Assembly: GCA_040752695.1 (NCBI GenBank)
Contig: JBFMGO010000004.1
Coordinates: forward strand, 13,904 to 77,903
Reading direction: 5' to 3'
Source: a bacterium
Lineage (GTDB): Bacteria; SZUA-182; DTGQ01
Length of the DNA stretch: 64,000 nt
Under the pieces are notes generated by a model. It worked only from the letters and a program-made list of their open reading frames with translations, searched no databases and was not told the origin of the DNA. Made by a program: the position numbers and the translations under genes. Positions 28,775-35,566 of the stretch are shown here, one piece after another (positions within the stretch are counted from its first letter, which is position 1; each line of letters begins with the position of its first letter).

Positions 28775-29473
28775 ATGGTTTTTGGAACAAACATCCTTGA
28801 TATCGTCGTTGTCGTCACTCTTCTCTTTTTTACCATTCACAGTTTCTTTAAAGGAACTATCCACGAAATCTTTTCTCTTCTCGCTCTGGTGCTGGGGCTC
28901 TTCCTGGCCCAGCGGTTTTACCATCAGACAGCTCAGGCTTTCGAGAAAATAGGGGGCAATTCCAAGGCTGGCATTTTTGTAGCCTTTATCCTTCTCTTTT
29001 TCGTTGTCTACCTGATCGTTATTCTTCTTGGAAAGCTCTTGAAAAAAATTATCAAAACCGCTCAGTTAAGCTGGATGGACCACCTGGGGGGAGCATTTAT
29101 CGGTATGATCAAAGGGATACTTCTGCTCTGTATGCTTGTAGCAGTCCTGGTCATGGTTCTCCCTTCTGAAAGTCAATTGATTCGAACTTCGCGGCTTGCT
29201 CCGCTTCTCTACCAGACGAGCTCTGTGCTTTTGCAAGCCGTTCCTCCGGCTATCAAGAAAAAATTCCGTGAAAAGATCGAGGAGCTTGAAACCTTGCGAA
29301 AAAGAAGGCCCGCACCCCACAAGGCTCCCCAAAGGCATACCCCTGGGAAGAGAGGAACGCCTTCCATAGAATTTTCTTTTGATACATTATCTTTTCTCAC
29401 TCCTGTCAGTTCTGTCACTTCCGTCATTTCCCTCACTAAAAAGCCTTTGCTGCTGAGGGCTTCGAACCCGTGA
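28775..29473 (+). CDS. cvpA: CvpA (colicin V production) family membrane protein with a long basic C-terminal tail
   Basis: N-terminus NILDIVVVVTLLFFTIHSFFKGTIHEIFSLLALVLGLFLAQRF and 4 TM helices. The start is set at ATG 28775 after GAGGAAAG; the track start is TTG 28757. The 3' end overlaps rnhB convergently. Confidence 0.75.
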   Translation: MVFGTNILDIVVVVTLLFFTIHSFFKGTIHEIFSLLALVLGLFLAQRFYHQTAQAFEKIGGNSKAGIFVAFILLFFVVYLIVILLGKLLKKIIKTAQLSWMDHLGGAFIGMIKGILLLCMLVAVLVMVLPSESQLIRTSRLAPLLYQTSSVLLQAVPPAIKKKFREKIEELETLRKRRPAPHKAPQRHTPGKRGTPSIEFSFDTLSFLTPVSSVTSVISLTKKPLLLRASNP

Positions 29474-30076
29474 TATAGTAGACCATTTGGTGCGGATAAT
29501 TGGGGGAAGCGGCTTATGCGCTGCAAGGCACTGCCGGGCAAAATGAATGGTCTTAGGGTCCGATGGATACCCTGATCCAAAATCGCCATACATCTTTCGC
29601 AAAGCATGGATCTCACGGTCCCTCACTACCTTGGCCACGATAGAGGCTGCCGCAACTACTGCATAGTTCTGATCAGCCTTGTTCTCTCCCCTGATTTCAA
29701 TATGCTCTTTACCAACCAGCCACCTGACCGCCTGGCAATATTTCTGAATTCCTCCTCCTCTGGCCGGGACATCCAGGTAGATACAATCAGGGTCGAGCAG
29801 GTTGATCAGTTCAGCGGATTTTTTCTTACTCAAGACATTCAGATTTTCCTGATCTATCTCCTGCGGGCAAACCAGTATCACCTGCACTGAAAGAGCTGTT
29901 TTATGGATCAACTCGTACAGATATTCACGCTTTGAAGGCGTGAGCCATTTGGAATCTTTTACCCCGATCGACCAAAGTTCCTCCTCCCTTCTCTTTTCTA
30001 TCATCACTCCACAAAGAGCCATCGGTCCAATCAGACATCCCCTCCCTGCCTCATCAATGCCGGCAATGAGATGCAT
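29387..30076 (-). CDS. rnhB: Ribonuclease HII
   Basis: 229 aa with the catalytic N-terminus IAGIDEAGRGCLIGPM, plus DSKWLTPSKRE and ASIVAKVVRD. Confidence 0.92.
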   Translation of the reverse strand: MHLIAGIDEAGRGCLIGPMALCGVMIEKRREEELWSIGVKDSKWLTPSKREYLYELIHKTALSVQVILVCPQEIDQENLNVLSKKKSAELINLLDPDCIYLDVPARGGGIQKYCQAVRWLVGKEHIEIRGENKADQNYAVVAAASIVAKVVRDREIHALRKMYGDFGSGYPSDPKTIHFARQCLAAHKPLPPIIRTKWSTISRVRSPQQQRLFSEGNDGSDRTDRSEKR

Positions 30077-30369
30077 GGTTTATTATCCTCATACATTTAA
30101 AGTACGTCTTGGGATTGAGAAAATACACAATCCCTTTGCTCCTCAGTCTGGTGAATAACCTGGAGATAGATGTGATCTTATCGTATATCTTACCTGATCT
30201 TTTGAACATTAACAATGGATAAAAGGATAATGTGGTCAACTGCTGCAATCCAAAGCATCGGATAAGAGTGTAAAACATATCCTTCTTCACCCCCTGCCGT
30301 CTTTCAATCGATTACTATAAAAAATATATTTCTTCTAAAAATTATATATATATTTTTATCTATATTTAT

Positions 30370-30399
30370 TTGACAAATTGAATATCAATATTTTATAAT
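30370..30399 (+). promoter_or_regulatory. Near-consensus sigma-70 promoter (TTGACA-N18-TATAAT), copy A of a module repeated at 35371
   Basis: TTGACAAATTGAATATCAATATTTTATAATT: 28 of 31 positions are identical to 35371-35401. It is embedded in a ~100-bp A/T-only tract, about 270 nt upstream of the 30670 start. Confidence 0.6.
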
Positions 30400-30669
30400 T
30401 AAATATAGTTATATATATTTAAAATTAAACGATTCTTACTGCTTTATTGAAAGAGGATATCTATATTCTAACCAATAAATACTATGATTATGAACAAATT
30501 AATTTTAAAATTTTTTTTGAAAATTTATCGTTTTTTATGCTCTTACCAAATAAGAGCCGGCGAGAATTTTATAGAGTTAAAAAATGCACGAATGAATAAG
30601 AAGATCTTTCGTATGGCTTGTGTGTAGCTTATTTTTTTATAAACTTTAATTGTAAAAAGGAGTAATCCC

Positions 30670-31740
30670 ATGAAAAAGTTATTCTTCTCCGCTTTGCGTT
30701 TAATTTTTGGAATAGTTTTAGTTTTTGGAATAGTTTCAGTATGTGGAGTATCAATATCCTATGCTGAATTGAATGGATTTTGCCTAGAAGACAATTCAGG
30801 GCAGTTGAATGTAGGAAGTACTCAAGGGAAAATGGGGCAGGAGGTTCAGATTCCTGTGACTGTTCAAAGGATACCCAACGGAATCTCTTCATTTCGTTTT
30901 AAAATTATTTATGATTCATCTGTCCTGGAATATTCAGGCTTTGAGCAGGGAGATTTAGTAACCTCTCTGGATCAGCTTAACGTCTTTGCTGTCAGTACTG
31001 ACAGGCTCCAGATTGAAGGGACAGGAACGGACATTTCACAGGGAGCAACAGGGAATCTGGTGGTATTGAAATTTATCGTCATTGGTGGAAATATATCTGA
31101 AAATAACGGATGTTATCCATTACAACTGGAAAACCTGCTGGGTGATACAACTGATTTATCCACAACAGGAGGGTGCTTCTGTATCAGTCCCTGTAATGGA
31201 GATCTTAATAGCGACGGGGAAATTACCCCATCCGATGCTCTTATTGTCTTTGTGTGTCAGGTTGGATCCAGACCTTGTTCTGATTGTACTGACATAGACC
31301 GGGATGGTATCGTTACGCTCAAGGACGCACTTTGTATCTTCCAAAAGTATCTGGGGCAGCCTTCCTGTTTGGATCGGAGTTCTCCTGAAAATGAAATACC
31401 TCTATGGCTGACCGAACTCATCGATGAATTAAAAAACTCACCGGTCGCGAATCCACCAGCTCAAATAATTCAATACGAATATCTTAATACTACCGTTTAC
31501 TACTTACCTCCGAAGTGTTGCGATATCCCAAGTAATTTATATGGCATCAATGGAAATATCATCTGTCATCCTGATGGAGGATTTACCGGCAGAGGGGATG
31601 GAGGATGTCCAGATTTTTTTACAGAATCAAAGAATGGGATTACCATATGGAAAGATGAAAGAAATTATCCTGTATCGAATAATCCTCAGGTACCCTCTTT
31701 TCGGGGATTTCCTTTGAATCGCACTATGAGGACCCCATAG
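30670..31740 (+). CDS. Secreted cohesin-plus-dockerin protein with a C-terminal 4-Cys domain of unknown function
   Basis: 356 aa with a signal peptide. Cohesin-like: GQEVQIPVTVQRIPNGISSFRFKIIYDSSVLEY...GNLVVLKFIV. Two dockerin EF-hand-like repeats: NGDLNSDGEITPSDALIVF and DIDRDGIVTLKDALCIF. C-terminus: PVANPPAQIIQYEYLNTTVYYLPPKCCDIPSNLYGINGNIICHPDGGFTGRGDGGCPDF. AAAAGGAG lies upstream of the ATG. Confidence 0.8.
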   Translation: MKKLFFSALRLIFGIVLVFGIVSVCGVSISYAELNGFCLEDNSGQLNVGSTQGKMGQEVQIPVTVQRIPNGISSFRFKIIYDSSVLEYSGFEQGDLVTSLDQLNVFAVSTDRLQIEGTGTDISQGATGNLVVLKFIVIGGNISENNGCYPLQLENLLGDTTDLSTTGGCFCISPCNGDLNSDGEITPSDALIVFVCQVGSRPCSDCTDIDRDGIVTLKDALCIFQKYLGQPSCLDRSSPENEIPLWLTELIDELKNSPVANPPAQIIQYEYLNTTVYYLPPKCCDIPSNLYGINGNIICHPDGGFTGRGDGGCPDFFTESKNGITIWKDERNYPVSNNPQVPSFRGFPLNRTMRTP

Positions 31741-31846
31741 TTTCAATAAAGCACCTGATTCCTGATCATTTCAGCGATCCGTCCTGTTTTACGGAAAGGG
31801 GGTGCAAAAAAGATCGCGGTCTTTTGAGAATTCTTTTTACAGGGTA

Positions 31847-31877
31847 GTAACTAATTGAATATAGGCTTATTTTATCA
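31847..31877 (+). promoter_or_regulatory. Degenerate third copy of the island promoter box (core AATTGAATAT conserved) upstream of the protease gene
   Basis: GTAACTAATTGAATATAGGCTTATTTTATCAG against TTGACAAATTGAATATCAATATTTTATAATT. The 10-bp core is identical but the -35/-10 hexamers are poor. Confidence 0.25.
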
Positions 31878-31997
31878 GTCAGTCTTCCCTTTTTCTCATG
31901 ATTATCAATCTTGTCAGCGTCTATGCTGGAAATCTTATCTGGAAATCTACGGAATACTTTTCAAAATAAATTATTATGTATATCAGGAGGCTAAAAA

Positions 31998-34900
31998 ATG
32001 AAAAAATTAGAAATATCCAGGATTATCTGTATAATAATAGTAATATTATTTGCTTTACTCGATAGTGCGACTGCAATGGGTGGAGAATATTCAAATTCAA
32101 CTTTAAAAAGCATCTATGTTCGCAACCTTACACAGGAATATAGTGGATCGGATGTAGCTCCGCAAACAATAAGGGCTTTTGAGAATTTAATGGAGGAAAA
32201 AGGATTAGAATTTACCATCGAAGGAGAAAAAATAACAGGATTCGATATAAGGCAAATTTCCGGTGTAGATGAGACAGGTCAAAAACATATTCGTATGGGT
32301 CAGACATATAGAGGGTTGCCCGTTATCGGCGGGGAACTGATTGCCCATATCAAAAACCACAATGTCATTCACCAGGTTAACGGTAAATATCTCCCACTCC
32401 TTACTATCTGTGTAGAACCTTCTATCGATGCAGATACTGCACTACAAACTGGGCTTGATGAGTTGCACGGAAGGCCCAGCCTGCGTATTACCAAAGCCCC
32501 CTCTCTTGTAATCTTTGAATCCCGGTTAGCGTATCATTTTGTAATTTCGCATGAGGGTTCACAACCGGGACAATGGTGGTACTATGTCGATGCTCATACT
32601 GGTGAGCTTATTCTTCGCTACAACAATATCCAGCGCTGTGAACCATCTAGAAACGGTTCTCATACTGCTTTGGCTGGCAGTCGCCTTACAGGAGAGGGTG
32701 GCGATACGATAACGATAACTGGTTGGCGTGATAACAGCGGCGATTTTTATCTCGCCAACTTCAACGAGAAATGGGGTATTTTTGATGAAGACACCGACTG
32801 CTGGGTAAATAATGCAATATCGAATTGGGGCACATCGGATAGAGCGGCAGTCTCCGCTGCCGAAAACTTTGCGATGACTCAGAACTGGGTCACGAATGTA
32901 TTGGGAAGAAACAGTTTTGATAATGCCGGCACTATTGCGATGGCCATAATTCATCATGAAACAAATTGGTCCAATGCTATGTGGAATGGTCAATATTTTT
33001 ACTTTGGGGATGGAAATGGTGGAACATGCGGTCCCCTTACATCTCTGGATATTGTCGCTCACGAATACGGCCATGCTATAACCCAGTATACATCAAATCT
33101 CAGGTACTATGGTGAGTCAGGAGCGCTTAATGAATCCTATTCTGATATCTTAAGTGCAGCAGTAGAATTTGCCAGCCAACCAGATGGAAGAGGCAGTTAT
33201 CCAGACAGGATCGCCGGCTATTCTGATTGGCTTGAAGGCGAAGATGCTTTGTATGGTGGTATGAGAGATTTTCGAGACCCTCAGCGGTTTGGTCAGCCAT
33301 CATATTATGAAGGCGTTCATTGGCATGATGTTAATAACAGTTATGATAATGGCGGGGTCCACATCAACAGCGGAGTTCAGAATTTTGCATTCTACCTGCT
33401 TGCCGAAGGCGGGAGAGGAGTGAATGAAGGGCGTCAGTATGACATCAGGGGAATTGGGATTGACGATGCAGTTCGAGTTGCCATGCGTGCCAATATGGTA
33501 TACTTGACACACTTCGATGAGTATGCTGATGCACGAGAAGCCTGGCTCTCCGCGGCAACTGATCTCGGTCTTCCTGCTGCAACGATAAATGCTGTCTGGG
33601 ATGCCGTTGGTATTGGTGGTTTGAATACCTATTATCGGGATAATGACAGGGACGGATATGGAAACCCTTCAGATTCGGTCACAGCCAGTTCATGCCCTTT
33701 GGGATATGTTGAAAATAATACCGATTGTAACGACAGTGATCCTGCCGTTAATCCCGGCGCTTCTGAGATACCCTGTAATGGAAAAGACGATGATTGTGCA
33801 GGGGGCGATCTTTGCGAAGGAGGATGTAAAGATTCTATCTCTTTGGGTGAGAATAAAAATGGTTCATGGAAAGCCGATTGTTCTTCGAAGCACAGATCTG
33901 GCAGATATGCCTTCTATTATACCTTTACTTTAACCACAGATACTTCAGTGCGGATTGATTTAGAATCAAGTGTGGATACCTATCTTTATTTATTAAGCGG
34001 TAGCGAAAATGGTGGAATCGTAGCTCAAGATGATGACGGAGGAGAGAACTACAATTCGCGCATTACCATATCATTATCTGCCGGGACCTATGCAATCGAA
34101 GCCACTACTTTCTCAAGTAAAAGGACGGGTAATTTTACGCTGTCTTTCAATAATGATTGCGGCCCTGAAGTTTGCGATGGCCTTGACAATGATTGTGATG
34201 GCCAGATAGATGAGGGAGTGAAGAATACGTATTATCGAGATTCCGATAGTGACGGCTATGGATGTCCTGACAAGAGAATAGAGGCTTGCTCTGCTCCTTC
34301 CGGCTATGTTGCGAATTCTACCGACTGTAACGACAGTGATCCTGCCGTTAATCCCGGCGCTTCCGAAGTATGTGGTAATGAAACAGATGAGAATTGTGAC
34401 GGTATTAAGGCTGGTTGTGATAATATATCAAAATGTGTTTCTTTTATCTCTTTGGATGTGAGGCAAAAAGGTTCGTGGACGAGCCAATGCCCATCGAAAC
34501 ATAGAGCTGGCAGGTATGCTTCCTATTACACCTTTACTTTAGACACTAATACTTCCGTGCAGATTGATTTGGAATCAAGTGTGGATACCTATCTCTATTT
34601 ATTAAGCGGCAATGCTGGTAATGGTACAGTACTCAAATATGACGATGACGGAGGAGATAACTACAATTCGCGCATTATAACGACACTATCTGCCGGGACC
34701 TATACAATCGAAGCCACCACCTACTGTTCTGAAAAGACAGGCAATTTTACCTTATCTGTTCAGAGTGTGGATAATGGATCACAAGAGATTTCAACCGCTA
34801 ATACTTCAACTTATATTGGTGATGGCTGGTGGGACTGGACTGTCTTCATCGCAGCCCCCACGCAAGTACTCAACCAGATAGATTGCGTGGAATATACACT

Positions 34901-35066
34901 TCATCCGAGTTTTGATCCTCCTCAAGTTTCGGTATGCAACATCGGAGATCCAAGTTATCCCTTTGGTCTCAACGCCAATGGATGGGGAACCTTTTTGATT
35001 TACATTGAAATTACTTTCAAGGACGGGAGCTCTTGTAATTTGGAACATATGCTTGTCTTTGAATAG
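31998..35066 (+). CDS. Secreted thermolysin-family (M4) zinc metalloprotease: propeptide, catalytic domain, 2 x (Cys-rich MopE-like motif + PPC domain), C-terminal YEATS-like domain
   Basis: 1022 aa with a signal peptide. FTP/PepSY-like propeptide (MGQTYRGLPVIGGEL; WWYYVDAHTGELI). Zinc site HEYGH at nt 33060-33074 with GALNESYSD, and GGVHINSG. Cys-rich motifs YYRDxDxDGYG...CNDSDPAVNPGASE and CDGLDNDCDGQIDEG. PPC-like YYTFTL...VDTYLYLLSG...LSAGTYxIEATT...GNFTLS occurs twice. C-terminus: WWDWTVFI...VEYTLHPSFDPP...NGWGTFLIYIEITFKDG. Confidence 0.9.
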   Translation: MKKLEISRIICIIIVILFALLDSATAMGGEYSNSTLKSIYVRNLTQEYSGSDVAPQTIRAFENLMEEKGLEFTIEGEKITGFDIRQISGVDETGQKHIRMGQTYRGLPVIGGELIAHIKNHNVIHQVNGKYLPLLTICVEPSIDADTALQTGLDELHGRPSLRITKAPSLVIFESRLAYHFVISHEGSQPGQWWYYVDAHTGELILRYNNIQRCEPSRNGSHTALAGSRLTGEGGDTITITGWRDNSGDFYLANFNEKWGIFDEDTDCWVNNAISNWGTSDRAAVSAAENFAMTQNWVTNVLGRNSFDNAGTIAMAIIHHETNWSNAMWNGQYFYFGDGNGGTCGPLTSLDIVAHEYGHAITQYTSNLRYYGESGALNESYSDILSAAVEFASQPDGRGSYPDRIAGYSDWLEGEDALYGGMRDFRDPQRFGQPSYYEGVHWHDVNNSYDNGGVHINSGVQNFAFYLLAEGGRGVNEGRQYDIRGIGIDDAVRVAMRANMVYLTHFDEYADAREAWLSAATDLGLPAATINAVWDAVGIGGLNTYYRDNDRDGYGNPSDSVTASSCPLGYVENNTDCNDSDPAVNPGASEIPCNGKDDDCAGGDLCEGGCKDSISLGENKNGSWKADCSSKHRSGRYAFYYTFTLTTDTSVRIDLESSVDTYLYLLSGSENGGIVAQDDDGGENYNSRITISLSAGTYAIEATTFSSKRTGNFTLSFNNDCGPEVCDGLDNDCDGQIDEGVKNTYYRDSDSDGYGCPDKRIEACSAPSGYVANSTDCNDSDPAVNPGASEVCGNETDENCDGIKAGCDNISKCVSFISLDVRQKGSWTSQCPSKHRAGRYASYYTFTLDTNTSVQIDLESSVDTYLYLLSGNAGNGTVLKYDDDGGDNYNSRIITTLSAGTYTIEATTYCSEKTGNFTLSVQSVDNGSQEISTANTSTYIGDGWWDWTVFIAAPTQVLNQIDCVEYTLHPSFDPPQVSVCNIGDPSYPFGLNANGWGTFLIYIEITFKDGSSCNLEHMLVFE
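33624..34770 (+). repeat. In-frame tandem duplication (~600-bp unit, two copies) inside the protease gene
   Basis: 33721-33766 against 34321-34366: 44/46 nt identical at an exact 600-bp offset. The PPC core GAATCAAGTGTGGATACCTATCT recurs at 33963 and 34572 (609-bp offset, so small indels). The protein units are about 200 aa each. Confidence 0.9.
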
Positions 35067-35185
35067 ACCTAAACGGAAACACTTGAAGGTGTGTGTCATG
35101 TCATTTCGATAAGTACCATATTTGTATGACAGGCAGAAAAAAAGGCCATGGATTTACTATCCCATCAATTCTCCCATGAATATCA

Positions 35186-35219
35186 GGGGTCACAGATTAG
35201 ACTGTGACCCCTTTTTTTT
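35186..35219 (+). terminator. Rho-independent terminator after the protease gene
   Basis: 10-bp perfect stem GGGGTCACAG / CTGTGACCCC with a 6-nt loop, followed by 8 T (35212-35219), 120 nt after the stop. Confidence 0.85.
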
Positions 35220-35370
35220 ATGGAGATGACTTTGTGGGCGACTTTTTTTACACTCAGCCTGATAAGACATTCATTCGAGATGTTCTTTTCCGACGAGAAG
35301 AACAGAGGGTTTTCATGGATCAGACAATAGATCAATTATATATGTTTATTTAAAAATTTTTGCTATATAC

Positions 35371-35400
35371 TTGACAAATAGAATATCAATATATTATTAT
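35371..35400 (+). promoter_or_regulatory. Near-consensus sigma-70 promoter (TTGACA-N18-TATTAT), copy B of the island promoter module
   Basis: TTGACAAATAGAATATCAATATATTATTATT is 28/31 identical to 30370-30400. Flanking A/T tracts are similar, and it lies about 165 nt upstream of ATG 35567. Confidence 0.6.
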
Positions 35401-35566
35401 TTATATATATATTTATGTATAAATATTTTATAGATACAGACGAGAGCTCGATCGGTAAGCGGTATAAATTATACACCTTGCATGAATGACCTCTTTTCCA
35501 TTCAAGCTGAAGTCGGTACTCAGACAAAAACCCGTTTTAACCCTCAACGTGGGAAAAGGAGGACTC

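Noticed and set aside
30054-30290. A 78-aa minus-strand ORF upstream of, and overlapping, the rnhB start.
   Set aside because: It has no convincing SD and an odd composition (MKKDMFYTLIRCFGLQQL...), and I recognise no family. It might be real, but I cannot support it.
30484-30627. A 47-aa ORF (MIMNKLILKFFLKIYRFLCSYQIRAGENF...) inside the 5' leader of the cohesin/dockerin gene.
   Set aside because: It has no SD and lies in almost pure A/T sequence, where ATG-to-stop stretches arise by chance. It is only worth revisiting if Ribo-seq shows occupancy.
33624-34770. The idea that the duplicated segment in the protease gene is a diversity-generating retroelement template/variable repeat pair.
   Set aside because: There is no reverse transcriptase anywhere in the window. 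The differences between the copies include T/C and indel changes rather than adenine-specific substitutions.
35122-35132. The 11-mer TTGTATGACAG occurs shortly after the stop codons of both island gene 2 (35122) and gene 3 (38043). Its reverse complement contains the E. coli Pho half-site CTGTCAT.
   Set aside because: An 11-bp coincidence is expected many hundreds of times among all position pairs in 64 kb. There is no second half-site at 11-bp spacing, so the positional similarity alone is not enough.
35486-35566. The longer track start (MTSFPFKLKSVL...) for the 846-aa ORF.
   Set aside because: The internal ATG 35567 has a strong AAGGAGG SD and is followed by a basic-then-hydrophobic signal sequence. 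The upstream 27 codons have neither.
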